Part shown: piece after piece, positions 10,022-19,970 of the stretch
Position numbering within the stretch: position 1 is the first letter of the stretch
How the letters are laid out: each line of letters begins with the position of its first letter
Assembly: GCA_963734495.1 (NCBI GenBank)
Contig: CAVTHK010000009.1
Coordinates: forward strand, 352,001 to 416,000
Reading direction: 5' to 3'
DNA from: an uncultured Spirochaetota bacterium
GTDB lineage: Bacteria; Spirochaetota; Spirochaetia; SZUA-6; CAVTHK01
DNA length: 64,000 nucleotides
The notes under the pieces: model-generated
Databases searched by the model: none
Seen by the model: only the letters and a program-made list of their open reading frames with translations
What the model was told of the DNA's origin: nothing
Program-made: the position numbers and the translations under genes

Positions 10022-10990
10022 CTACGCCGGCGTCGAGAGCCCGGCGAAGAACGCGGCGAGGTCGACGTTGCCGCCGCTCAGGATCACGCCCACGCGCGCC
10101 CCCGCGAGCTCCAGCTTGCCGGCGAGCAGCGCGGCCAGCGGCACCGCCCCCGACGGCTCGACCACGAGCTTGGCGCGCTCCCAGAGGAAGCGCATCGCTT
10201 CGACGATCTCGCTCTCGCTCACGGTGACGATGCCCTCGAGGTGGCCGCGCAGCAGGGCGAACGTGCGCTCGCTCAGGTTGGTGCGCAGCCCGTCGGCGAT
10301 CGTGTCGGCGCGCGCATTCGCGACGATGCGGCCGGCCTCGAGCGAGCGGCGCGCGTCGTCGGCGCGCTCGGGCTCCACGCCGAAGACCCTGACCGCGGGC
10401 GCGAACCCGTGCGCGGCGACGCAGGTGCCGCTCATGAGGCCGCCGCCGCCGATGGGCGCGAGCACGGCGTCGAGCCCGCCGGTCTCCTCGAGCAGCTCGA
10501 GCGCCGCCGTCCCCGCCCCCGCGATGATCCGGTCGTCGTCGTAGGGGTGCACGAGCGCGAGGCCGCGCTCCGCGATGAGGCGGCTCGTGGCCTGCTCGCG
10601 CGCGGCGAGGGTGTCGTCGCAGAGCACCACCTCGGCGCCGTAGGTGTCGCGGGTGGCCGCCAGCTTGGGCGGCGAGGAGCCGCGCGGCATCACGACGACG
10701 GCGCGCACGCCGGCGAGGCGCGCGGCGAGCGCGAGCGCCTGCGCGTGGTTGCCGCTGGAGTGCGCCACCACGCCGCGGCCGCGCTCGGCGGGCGAGAGCT
10801 GCGCGACGGCGTTGTACGCGCCGCGGAACTTGAACGCGCCCATCCTCTGGAAGCTCTCGCACTTGAGGAAGACGGAGCAGCCGAGGCGGGCGTCGAGCGT
10901 GCGCGAGGTCATCACGGGGGTGCGGCGGGCGACGCCCGCCAGCCGCGCTGCCGCGGCGCGGACGTCAGCGAAGCCCGGGAATTCGAGCAT
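10022..10990 (-). CDS. PLP-dependent threonine/serine dehydratase or serine racemase family
   Basis: LKCESFQRMGAFKFRGA, SSGNHAQ, PIGGGGL, ILSGGNVD. Confidence 0.9.
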   Translation of the reverse strand: MLEFPGFADVRAAAARLAGVARRTPVMTSRTLDARLGCSVFLKCESFQRMGAFKFRGAYNAVAQLSPAERGRGVVAHSSGNHAQALALAARLAGVRAVVVMPRGSSPPKLAATRDTYGAEVVLCDDTLAAREQATSRLIAERGLALVHPYDDDRIIAGAGTAALELLEETGGLDAVLAPIGGGGLMSGTCVAAHGFAPAVRVFGVEPERADDARRSLEAGRIVANARADTIADGLRTNLSERTFALLRGHLEGIVTVSESEIVEAMRFLWERAKLVVEPSGAVPLAALLAGKLELAGARVGVILSGGNVDLAAFFAGLSTPA

Positions 10991-11061
10991 GGCCGCATCG
11001 TACACAACCGACCCTTCCCCTGTCACGCGATGACGGCTATAGTGCCGTCGGAGGTCGTCCG

Positions 11062-12108
11062 ATGGGACTGGGCTTCGGGATCGTCGGGGTGGGAATGATC
11101 GCCGGCTTTCACGCGCGGGCGATCGCCGAATCGGGCTGCGGCCGGCTCGTCGCCTGCTGCGACATCGACGCCGGCCGCGTGCAGGGCTTTGCCGCCGCGC
11201 ACGGGTGCAAAGGCTATACGGAAGTCGGCGCCTTCCTGCGGCACCCGGGGCTGGACATCGTGAACATCTGCACGCCCTCCGGCCTGCACCTCGAGCCCGC
11301 ACTCGCGGCCATTGAAGCCGGGAAGCACCTGCTGATCGAAAAGCCCATCGAGATCTCCCTCGAGCGCATCGACCGGATCATCGAGGCGGCCGACCGGCGG
11401 CGCGTCACGGTGGCGGGGATCTTCCAGTCGCGTTTCAGGGAGGGCGCCCGGGCGGTCAAGAAGGCCGTCGAATCGGGACGCCTCGGCCGGCTCGTTCTCG
11501 GCGACGCGTACGTCAAGTGGTTCCGGTCGCAGGAGTACTACGACAGGGGCGGCTGGAAAGGCAAGATCCGCATCGACGGCGGCGGCGCGCTGATGAACCA
11601 GTCGATCCACGCGATCGACCTGCTGCAGTGGTTCATGGGCCCGGTGGCGGCGGTCGAGGCGTACAAGACGACCCTCGCTCACCAGCGGATCGAGGTCGAG
11701 GACGTGGCCGTGGCCGCCCTGCGGTTCGCCAACGGGGCGCTCGGGGTGATCGAAGGATCCACGGCTGTCTGGCCCGGATTCCTCAAGCGGATCGAGCTCT
11801 CCGGCACGGCGGGCAGCGTGACGCTGGAAGAGGACACGGTGCGCACCTGGAGCTTCGCCGAGGAGCGCGACGAGGATCGGGAAATCCGCCGGAGGCTCGG
11901 CGCCGCGGACACGGCGGGAGGCGGCGCGTCCGACCCGGCCGCCATCGACCACACCGGCCACATGCTGGAGTTCCGGGAGATCGTCGCCTCGATCGAAGCC
12001 GGCACGCCGCCGCTGCTCGACGCCCGGGAGGCGCGCAAGTCGGTGGAGATCATCCTCGCGATCTACCGGAGCGCCGAGACCGCGAGGGAGGTCGTCCTTC
12101 CTCTCTAA
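11062..12108 (+). CDS. Gfo/Idh/MocA family oxidoreductase
   Basis: GIVGVGMIA, ICTPSGLH, IEKP, GGGALMNQSIHAID. Confidence 0.92.
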   Translation: MGLGFGIVGVGMIAGFHARAIAESGCGRLVACCDIDAGRVQGFAAAHGCKGYTEVGAFLRHPGLDIVNICTPSGLHLEPALAAIEAGKHLLIEKPIEISLERIDRIIEAADRRRVTVAGIFQSRFREGARAVKKAVESGRLGRLVLGDAYVKWFRSQEYYDRGGWKGKIRIDGGGALMNQSIHAIDLLQWFMGPVAAVEAYKTTLAHQRIEVEDVAVAALRFANGALGVIEGSTAVWPGFLKRIELSGTAGSVTLEEDTVRTWSFAEERDEDREIRRRLGAADTAGGGASDPAAIDHTGHMLEFREIVASIEAGTPPLLDAREARKSVEIILAIYRSAETAREVVLPL

Positions 12109-12269
12109 AGAGCGGCGCGCCGTTTCCTCTCGACACAGCAGGGCACCTGACGCGCCCCCCCGGGTCGAAACGACTCAGGGCGGCCATGGGGTGGACGCGG
12201 GGACCGGCGCGTTATCGCCCGGAGACGCCGAGGGGCGCCGCAGCCGCCTTCATTTATATCTTTTTTTCA

Positions 12270-12500
12270 TAGATAGATATCCGGCGCAGGGCCTCGACAG
12301 GCTGCAGCGGGAGATCAATCGTCTGTTCGAGCTCCCGCGCTCGGTCGAAGCCCATGGGCTCTTCGACCGCACCGTTTCTCGCTCCCGGCCACCGTCGACC
12401 CGGACAAGGTGACCGCGGTTTTCAGAGACGGCGTCCTGGAGATCACCATCGGAAAGCGCGAAGAGGCGCGGCCCAGGCGGATCGCCGTACCCGGCAGGTC
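12270..12500 (+). pseudogene. Hsp20/alpha-crystallin remnant with internal deletion
   Basis: N-terminal [18 protein letters not shown] joined out of frame to C-terminal [35 protein letters not shown]; core missing, no clear start. Confidence 0.7.
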
Positions 12501-12582
12501 GACGGCGCCTGCCGGCGCCGAGTACACTGTAGATGGAATGCGCGGGGCGCGGCCCGCCCCGCCCCGCGCGATGGGAGCTCAT

Positions 12583-13597
12583 GTGGCCGTCAAGTTCCGT
12601 GATTACTACGAGACTCTCGGAGTCGCGCGCAGCGCCTCGCAGCCGGAGATCCAGCAGGCGTACCGCAAGCTCGCGCGCCAGTATCACCCCGACGTGAACA
12701 AGAGCGGCGGCGCCGAGGAAAGGTTCAAGCAGATCAACGAGGCGTACGAGGTGCTCCGCGACCCGGAGAAGCGCAGGCGCTACGACGCCCTGGGCGACGG
12801 GTGGCGCACGGGCGAGGACTTCACGCCGCCCCCGGGCTGGGACTTCGGCTTTGGAGGCGCGGGCGGGTCCGGTTCGAACGGGGGCTTCAGCTTCGACTTC
12901 GGCGACCTCGGCCGCGGGTTCAGCGACTTCTTCGACCAGCTCTTCGGGGGCGGCGCGGGCAGCGCCGGCGGCGGCCGCGCACCGGGCGGCGGCGGGTTCC
13001 GGGGCTTCGGCGGGTTCGGCCGCGACCGCGAAACCGAGGCGGCGCCTCGGCCAGGACACGCAGGCGGAGCTCACGATCCCGCTCGAGGACGCCTATCACG
13101 GCGGCCGGCGGACCGTCACGCTCGAGAGCCGCGAGCAGGGACCTAACGGGTCCGTCCGGCGGGGGAGCCGCACCTTCGAGGTGACCATCCCCGCCGGGGT
13201 CACCGACGGCCGGAAGCTGCGCCTGAAGGGCCAGGGGGAGGCGGGATCCGGCGGCCGCGGCGACCTCTACATAACGGTCCACCTCGCTCCGCACGCGACC
13301 TTCCGGGTCAAGGACAAGGACCTCGAGGTGGACGTCCCGGTCACGCCGTGGGAGGCCGCCCTCGGCGCCGAGGTGGAGGTGCCGACGCTCGAGGGGCGCG
13401 CCCGCGTGCGGATCCCCCCGGGGATCCGCTCGAGCCAGCGCATCCGCATCAAGGGCCGCGGCCTCGGCGCCGCCGACGAGCGCGGCGACGTCTACGCGGC
13501 CATCCGCATCGAGGTGCCGCGGCGGCTCTCGCCGAAGGAGCGGCAGCTCTTCGAGGACCTCGCCGGCGCTTCGCAGTTCAACCCCCGCAAGGAGTAG
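12583..13597 (+). CDS. DnaJ-class chaperone (CbpA-like); frameshift near 13040
   Basis: J domain DYYETLGV...YHPDVN, G/F-rich region, C-terminal domain PWEAALG; no zinc finger. Confidence 0.9.
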
Positions 13598-13689
13598 GGG
13601 GGAGGGCAAGGTGAAGGCGGGTGCGCTGCGCTCTCGCGGTTGCGGGGGCCTGTTGACTGCGGCCGCGAGGGCGTGATAGACCCCTCGAC

Positions 13690-13764
13690 ATGAGCAGCGT
13701 CGCTGCGTTCGTGATCTTCGTCTATCCCTATCCTCTCTCGCGAAGCGGGGCGAGGTCGGGGTAG
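13690..13764 (+). CDS. Putative tyrS leader peptide MSSVAAFVIFVYPYPLSRSGARSG
   Basis: 24-codon ORF with two TAT Tyr codons between a putative promoter (TTGACT at 13653) and a terminator upstream of tyrS. Confidence 0.55.
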   Translation: MSSVAAFVIFVYPYPLSRSGARSG

Positions 13765-13787
13765 GCGCGCACGGTGTGAACGTGAGG

Positions 13788-13819
13788 GCCCCCGGGCTTC
13801 GGCCCGGGGGCTTTTTTTT
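13788..13819 (+). terminator. Intrinsic terminator/attenuator hairpin upstream of tyrS
   Basis: GCCCCCGGGC-TTCG-GCCCGGGGGC followed by T8. Confidence 0.9.
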
Positions 13820-13873
13820 GCCGGCGCCGGCCGGCCCCCCGGACCGGACGCCGCGGCGGGCGAGGGGGACGAC

Positions 13874-15146
13874 ATGACGATCGAAGAGCAGGTGCGGTTC
13901 CTGATGCAGGGGACCGAGTACGGCGACGCCGCCCTGGCGGCGAGCATGGAGCGCGAGCTGCGCGAGCGCCTGGTGGAGGCCGGCCGGGAGGGCCGCCGCC
14001 TGCGGGTCTACTGCGGCTTCGACCCGCGCACGACCGACCTGCACATCGGGCACACGGTCCCCATCCGCAAGCTTCGCCAGTTCCAGGAGCTGGGCCACCA
14101 CGTCATGTTCGTGGTCGGGACCTTGACTTCGACGATCGGGGACCCTTCGGACCAGGACCGGCTGCGGGCGACGCTGACCGCGGAGCAGGCGGAGGAGAAC
14201 GGCCGGACCTACGCGGAGCAGGCGTTCCGCATCCTCGATCCCGTGAAGACCGAGGTGCTCTTCAACCACGAGTGGCTCGCGGGGCTTCCGTTCGCGGAGC
14301 TCATCCGGATGGCGTCGCAGTTCTCGCTCCAGCAGATCCTCGCGCGCGAGACCTTCCGCCGGCGCTTCGAGTCGGGCGACGCGATCTGGCTGCACGAGAC
14401 GTTCTACTCCCTCATGCAGGCGCACGACGCGAGCCACCTCGCGGCCGACGTCCAGATCGGCGGGAGCGACCAGCTCTTCAACATCGTCACCGCGGGCCGC
14501 AGGCTGATGGAGGCCCGCGGGCAGAGACCCAACATCGCGGTGATCCTCGGGATCCTCCCGGGCACGGACGGCAGGACCAAGATGAGCAAGTCCCTCGGCA
14601 ACCACATCCCGATCCTGGCGCCGGCCGCGGACATGTACGGGAAGGTGATGAGCGTTCCCGACGAGGCGATGGCCGCGTACTTCTCGCTCGTGACGCCGCT
14701 CGCGCCCGACGAGATCGCGGACGCGATGCGCGGCCACCCGCGGGACGCGAAGATGCGCCTGGCACGGGAGATCGCGGCCGTGTTCCACGGCGGCGAGGCG
14801 GCGGCCGCCGCCGAGCGCGAGTTCGTCGCGGTCTTCCGGGAACGCGAGGCGCCCGGCGACGCCCCGCGGCACGCGCTCGCCGCCGGCGCCCCGCTGCTGG
14901 AGGTGCTGGTGGCCGCGGGGCTCGCGGCGAGCCGCAGCGAGGCGCGGCGGCTGGTCGCGCAGGGCGCGGTGAGCCTCGACGGCAGGACGCTGGCGGACGC
15001 GGCCGAGGCGCGTGGCGGCGGGCGGGCTGCTGCGGGTGGGGCGCCGGCGGTTCGTCCGCCTGGTGGCCGCGCCCGCGGCGCCGGCCGCGCCCGCCGCTCC
15101 GAGCGTGACGCCGCCGCCCGGTTCTGGTAGCATGGAGCGCGCATGA
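13874..15146 (+). CDS. tyrS: Tyrosine--tRNA ligase; frameshift near 15010 in the S4 domain
   Basis: GFDP..LHIGH, GGSDQLFN, KMSKS; alternate frame gives LLRVGRRRFVRL ending at TGA 15146. Confidence 0.93.
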
Positions 15147-16396
15147 GCACCGCCTTTGCCGATCGCATCGCGGGCGTGCCGCGTTCGTTCATCCGCGAGA
15201 TCCTCAAGGTGGCGGCGGACCGCTCCGTCATCTCCTTCGCCGGCGGCCTGCCGAACCGCGACCTCTTCCCGGTCGAGGAGATACGGGCCGCCGCGGACAA
15301 GGTCCTCCGCGACGACGGCGCCGACGCCCTGCAGTACGCCACCTCCGAAGGCTACCCTCCGCTGCGCGAGCTCATCGCCGAGCGCTACGCGAGGCGCGGG
15401 GTCGCCGTCGATCCCGCGGACATCCTGATCACCAGCGGCTCCCAGCAGGGGCTCGACCTCCTCGGCAAGACCCTGCTCAACGAAGGCGACCACCTCGTGA
15501 TCGAGGAGCCGGGCTATCTCGGCGCGATCCAGGCCTTTGCCGTCTACCGGGCGACGTTTCACCCCGTGCCGCTTCGAGGCCACGGCATCGACACCGCCCG
15601 CCTCGAGCGCGAGCTGGCGAGCGCTCCGGTCCGCCTCTACTACGCGGTGCCGAACTTCCAGAACCCTTCGGGGATCACCTACGACGGCGCGACGCGGCGC
15701 GCGGTGGCCGACATCCTGCGGCGCACGAGCACCGTTTTCGTGGAGGACGACCCGTACGGCGAGCTGCGTTTCCGCGGCGAGAGCCAGCCTTCATTCTCCA
15801 CTCTCCTCGAGGAGCGCTGCGTTCTTCTCGGGAGCTTCTCCAAGATCGTGGCCCCGGCGTTCCGCATCGGCTGGCTCGTGGCGAAGGGCGAGCTCATGGA
15901 GAAGCTCCTGATCGCGAAGCAGGCCTCGGACCTTCACACCAACTCTCTCGGGCAGCGGATCATCCATCGCTATCTCCTCGACAACCGCGTCGAGGAGCAC
16001 ATCGCGCGCATCCGGGCCGCCTACGGACGGCAGCGCGACGCGATGGTCGCCGCGATCCGGGCGACGTTCCCCGCCGGCGTTCGCTGCACCGAGCCCGAAG
16101 GCGGCATGTTCCTCTGGGTCACGCTCCCCGAAGGCGCGTCGTCGATGCGCCTCTTCGAGCGGGCCATCGCGCGCAAGGTGGCGTTCGTCCCGGGGGCGCC
16201 CTTCTACGTGGGCCGGGCCGACACCAACACGATGCGGCTGAACTTTTCCAGCGTCGACGAAAAGACGATAGAAGAAGGGATTGGGCGGCTGGCCGCGGCG
16301 CTGCGCGAGGGTCCGCCGGGTACGGCGGACTTGGGACTTCGCGACCCCACGAGTACATGGGGCAAATGGGACGCGAAGTCATGGGAGACGCGATGA
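15143..16396 (+). CDS. PLP-dependent class I/II aminotransferase (LysN/2-aminoadipate transaminase-like)
   Basis: SFAGGLP, PNFQNPSG, EDDPY, GSFSKIVAP, EGGMFLW. Confidence 0.9.
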   Translation: MSTAFADRIAGVPRSFIREILKVAADRSVISFAGGLPNRDLFPVEEIRAAADKVLRDDGADALQYATSEGYPPLRELIAERYARRGVAVDPADILITSGSQQGLDLLGKTLLNEGDHLVIEEPGYLGAIQAFAVYRATFHPVPLRGHGIDTARLERELASAPVRLYYAVPNFQNPSGITYDGATRRAVADILRRTSTVFVEDDPYGELRFRGESQPSFSTLLEERCVLLGSFSKIVAPAFRIGWLVAKGELMEKLLIAKQASDLHTNSLGQRIIHRYLLDNRVEEHIARIRAAYGRQRDAMVAAIRATFPAGVRCTEPEGGMFLWVTLPEGASSMRLFERAIARKVAFVPGAPFYVGRADTNTMRLNFSSVDEKTIEEGIGRLAAALREGPPGTADLGLRDPTSTWGKWDAKSWETR

Positions 16397-17514
16397 AGGT
16401 CGGGACCGTGCGCGAGATCAAGGCGCAGGAGTACCGGGTCGGGCTCATCCCCTCGGCCGTGCGCTCGTTCGTGAGCCGCGGGCACGCGGTCTTCGTCGAG
16501 CGCGGCGCGGGAGAGGCCGCGGGCTTTCCCGACGAGGAGTACGAGGCCGCGGGCGCGCGGGTGGTCGCGAGCCGCGACAAGATCTACGCCGAGGCGGACA
16601 TGATCGTGAAGGTCAAGGAGCCGCTCCCCGACGAGCTTCCGCTCCTGCGCCGGGGCCAGATCCTCTTTACGTACCTGCACCTCGCCGCCGCCCCCGACGT
16701 GGCGCGTGCCCTCGTGGAGCGGGGCGTCACGGGCGTCGCGTACGAAACGATCGAGACGGCGGACGGCGACCTCCCGTGCCTCAGGCCGATGAGCCAGATC
16801 GCCGGACGGCTCGCGGTGCAGGAGGGCGCGAAGTACCTCGAGAAGACTTTCGGCGGCCGAGGCGTCCTGCTCGGCGGCGTGCCCGGGGTGGCGCGCGGCA
16901 GGCTTGGCATCCTCGGAGGCGGCGTCGTGGGCATCAATGCCTGCAAGGTGGCCGTCGGGCTCGGCGCCGAGGTCACGATCCTCGACGTGAGCGCCAACCG
17001 TCTCGCGTACCTGGACGACATCTTCAGCACGCACATCACCACGCTCTACAGCACCGACGACAACATCGAGCGCGTCCTCGCCGAGAGCGACCTGGTCATC
17101 GGCGCGGTCCTGCTGCACGGCGCGCGCACGCCGCGCCTCATCCGGCGCGAGCACCTCGCCCTGATGAAGAGAGGCGCGGTGATCGTCGACGTGGCCGTGG
17201 ACCAGGGCGGGATCGCCGAGACCTCCCGGCCGACCACGCACGAGGACCCGGTCTTCGTGGTCGGCGGCATCGTGCACTACTGCGTGGCCAACATGCCGGG
17301 CGCGGTGGCGCTCTCCTCGACCCAGGCGCTCACCAGCACGACGCTCCCGTACGGGCTCGCGATCGCGCAGGAGGGGCTCGAGGCCGCCTGCCGCGGCCTG
17401 CCCGCGCTCCGCAAAGGGCTGAACACGTACGACGGCCACTGCGTCTACCCCAGCGTCGCCGAGGCGTGCGGCCTCGACTACACCCCCGTGGAGCAGGTGC
17501 TCGGGGTCAAATGA
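16393..17514 (+). CDS. ald: Alanine dehydrogenase
   Basis: EIKAQEYRVG, VKVKEP, TYLHLAA, GGGVVG, DVAVDQGG, HYCVANMPGAV. Confidence 0.96.
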   Translation: MKVGTVREIKAQEYRVGLIPSAVRSFVSRGHAVFVERGAGEAAGFPDEEYEAAGARVVASRDKIYAEADMIVKVKEPLPDELPLLRRGQILFTYLHLAAAPDVARALVERGVTGVAYETIETADGDLPCLRPMSQIAGRLAVQEGAKYLEKTFGGRGVLLGGVPGVARGRLGILGGGVVGINACKVAVGLGAEVTILDVSANRLAYLDDIFSTHITTLYSTDDNIERVLAESDLVIGAVLLHGARTPRLIRREHLALMKRGAVIVDVAVDQGGIAETSRPTTHEDPVFVVGGIVHYCVANMPGAVALSSTQALTSTTLPYGLAIAQEGLEAACRGLPALRKGLNTYDGHCVYPSVAEACGLDYTPVEQVLGVK

Positions 17515-19895
17515 GCTCGGAAGCTTCCGCGGCGGCGCCCGCGCGGGCGGTGAGCGGCGCGCGCCTCTCGCGCGCCATGAGCTTCAACATCGCGGGCGGC
17601 GTGATGGCGCAGGCCTGGTTCGCCGTCTGCGGGCCCCAGCAGATCTTCAACGTCTTCTTCAAGAACCACCTGCACGCCTCCGCGTTCACGCTCGGCCTCC
17701 TGGTGGCGCTGCTGTCCTTTTCCTCCGCCTTCAGCCTCCTCGCGGTGCTCATGTTCACCAGGCCCCGCCGGCGCAAGCCCATCTGGATCGCGGCCCACCT
17801 CGCCGCCCGCTCGATCGGCTTCGTGCTGGCGGCGGCTTCGCTTCTGGAGATGCGCACCGGCGACAAGCCTCTCGCGATCCGCGTGATCCTGCTCTCGATG
17901 TCCGTGGCGTGGTCGCTCATGAACGCGGCCGGCCCCGGCTGGTGGGCCTGGATCGCCGACCTGATCCCGGAATCCAAGCGCGCGACGTTCTTCGGCCGCC
18001 GCTCGGCGATCATCTTCGCCCTGAACATGTCCTGGATCTTCCTCGTCACCGTCTTCCTCGACGGAGCCCGGCGGCCCGCGCTCGCCTACGCGGCCGCGTT
18101 CGCGGTCTCGGGCGTGTTCGGGGTCGGAGACATCCTGCTGCACATCTGGATTCCCGACCCGGCGCGGCTCGGCCCCCGGCCCGGCGCGCCGGGAGGGCCC
18201 GCGCCCGACAGGCCCGCCCGCATGTCGCTCGCCGTCTTCTTCGAGCCGCTGCGCAGCCCGCAGTTCGTGCGCTTCTCCCTGGCGGTGGGCCTCGCGATGC
18301 TGTCGATCAACGTGCTCGCCCCGTTCATCCCGCCGTACATCACGGACCCCGCGACGGTCGGGGCGCCCTACACCTGGCTGGGCATCATGACCGTCATCTC
18401 GCAGCTCGCGTGGGTCGGCTCCGTGCGGACGTGGGGCGTCCTCATGGACCGGTTCGGCCGCAAGCCCGTGGTGGCCCTCTGCAGCCTCTTCCCCATCGCC
18501 TGGTTCGCGTACCTGGCCGTGGGCCCGCGCACGTACGTCGTGCTGCTGCCTCTGATCTCGCTCGCCGGCGGCGTGCTCGCCCCCGGCTTCTACGAGGGGG
18601 TCAACCAGCTCATGCTGAGCCTGACCCCCAACGAGAACCGCACGACGTACGTGGCGTGGTACGTTGCGATCATCGGCGTCATAGGCGCGCTCGGCTCGCT
18701 GCTCGGAGGCGCGCTCGCGTCCAACACGGTGATGCTCGACCCGCTGCCCGGTGAGCCGTTCCACGCGGTCGTGGTGGTGGCCGAGGTGCTCACGGTCCTG
18801 AGCTTCCTCGTGCTCACCCGCATCGACGAGGGGCGGAAGACTTCGACCTTCGACATCGTCACGCGCCTCGCGACGCCGAACGTGGTGCGCAACCTCGTGA
18901 ACATGAGCATCATCGGAGGCGCCGAGGAGGCGGGGCGGGCGGCGCGGGCGCTGCGCACCGTCGAGGGGGCGGAGAGCGACGTCGCCATCGACGACATCGT
19001 CGGGCGGCTCTCGGACCCCGACCGGGAGGTGCGCGAGGAGGCGGCGCGCGCCCTCGGCCGCATCGGCAGCGGGGAGTCTTTCGACGCCCTGGTCGCGCAG
19101 CTGCGCGACGGGGAGTCCTCGATCAGGCCGGAGGCGGCGCACGCCCTCGGCCATGTCGGCGACCCGCGCGCGGTCACCTGGCTCCTGCAGGCGCTTCAGG
19201 ATCCGTCGGTGGAGCTGCAGGAGGCGGCCGCCGAAGCGCTCGGCGACCTGGGCAGCCGCGAGTCGGCGCAGACGCTGCTCGCGATGCTCCGCGGCAACCA
19301 GGCCACGGAACGGGTCAAGGCGCAGGGCGCCGAGGCGCTGTCGCAGCTCGGCGCGGTGGAGGCCGTCTGGGAGATCGTCCCCCTGCTGCACCGCACGTCC
19401 AACGCGGTGCTCAGACGGCAGCTCGCCATCGCGCTCGCCAACCTCTTCGGCCGCACGGGAGAGTTCTACCGTTACGTGACGGGGGAATCCGCGCGCGCCG
19501 AGGCGCGCGGCGAGCGCCTCGCGGGCGAGGCCGAGCGGTCACTCCGCCGGCTGGTGCGCGACGTCTCGCCGGACGCGAAGTCGCAGATCCTGCGGCGCTT
19601 CGCGGAAGCGCGCGAGGCCTTCGACGCGGGAGACAGCCTGCGGGCCCTCGGCTGCGTCCGCGACCTGCTGTTCGTGCTCGCGCTGTTCCGGCACGAGATC
19701 GCGCCTCCGGCGGGCGAGGGTGCTGCCGCCTGGGCGGTCGGGCGCGATCAGCGCCTGGCCGTCGCGCTCTGGGTGCTCGGCGAGGCGCTCGCGGCGCAGG
19801 GCAGCGCCGTGCAGAAGATCGACGCGCTGCTCGCGTTCTACCTGCTGAGGTACCTCCCGGGGCCGGCCCGCGCTCAGAGCCGGCCGCAGGCGTGA
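17511..19895 (+). CDS. MFS transporter fused to C-terminal HEAT repeats
   Basis: About 12 hydrophobic segments with WGVLMDRFGRK motif, then repeats such as VREEAARALGRIG and AAHALGHVGDPRA. Confidence 0.8.
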   Translation: MSSEASAAAPARAVSGARLSRAMSFNIAGGVMAQAWFAVCGPQQIFNVFFKNHLHASAFTLGLLVALLSFSSAFSLLAVLMFTRPRRRKPIWIAAHLAARSIGFVLAAASLLEMRTGDKPLAIRVILLSMSVAWSLMNAAGPGWWAWIADLIPESKRATFFGRRSAIIFALNMSWIFLVTVFLDGARRPALAYAAAFAVSGVFGVGDILLHIWIPDPARLGPRPGAPGGPAPDRPARMSLAVFFEPLRSPQFVRFSLAVGLAMLSINVLAPFIPPYITDPATVGAPYTWLGIMTVISQLAWVGSVRTWGVLMDRFGRKPVVALCSLFPIAWFAYLAVGPRTYVVLLPLISLAGGVLAPGFYEGVNQLMLSLTPNENRTTYVAWYVAIIGVIGALGSLLGGALASNTVMLDPLPGEPFHAVVVVAEVLTVLSFLVLTRIDEGRKTSTFDIVTRLATPNVVRNLVNMSIIGGAEEAGRAARALRTVEGAESDVAIDDIVGRLSDPDREVREEAARALGRIGSGESFDALVAQLRDGESSIRPEAAHALGHVGDPRAVTWLLQALQDPSVELQEAAAEALGDLGSRESAQTLLAMLRGNQATERVKAQGAEALSQLGAVEAVWEIVPLLHRTSNAVLRRQLAIALANLFGRTGEFYRYVTGESARAEARGERLAGEAERSLRRLVRDVSPDAKSQILRRFAEAREAFDAGDSLRALGCVRDLLFVLALFRHEIAPPAGEGAAAWAVGRDQRLAVALWVLGEALAAQGSAVQKIDALLAFYLLRYLPGPARAQSRPQA

Positions 19896-19970
19896 GCGGG
19901 CGCAGCCGCGGGCGGGCGCCGGGAGCGGGCGGGCAGCTTCGCGCGGGGCTCCGTGACGGGGGCGCAGGTC

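Noticed and set aside
8037-10862. 941-aa FtsH with a long N-terminal extension
   Set aside because: The extension is an off-frame read of the upstream dehydratase gene; the real start is near 9947
13690-13873. T-box riboswitch upstream of tyrS
   Set aside because: No GGTGGNACCGCG T-box sequence before the terminator, and the leader is too short for stem I; a leader-peptide attenuator fits better
12920-15583. Long antisense ORFs (887 aa here; also 8040-10544 and 17478-19391)
   Set aside because: Shadow ORFs opposite real genes, expected in high-GC DNA; no recognisable motifs
16281-19895. 1204-aa ORF
   Set aside because: The first ~410 aa are an alternate frame of ald; the MFS-HEAT gene starts at 17511
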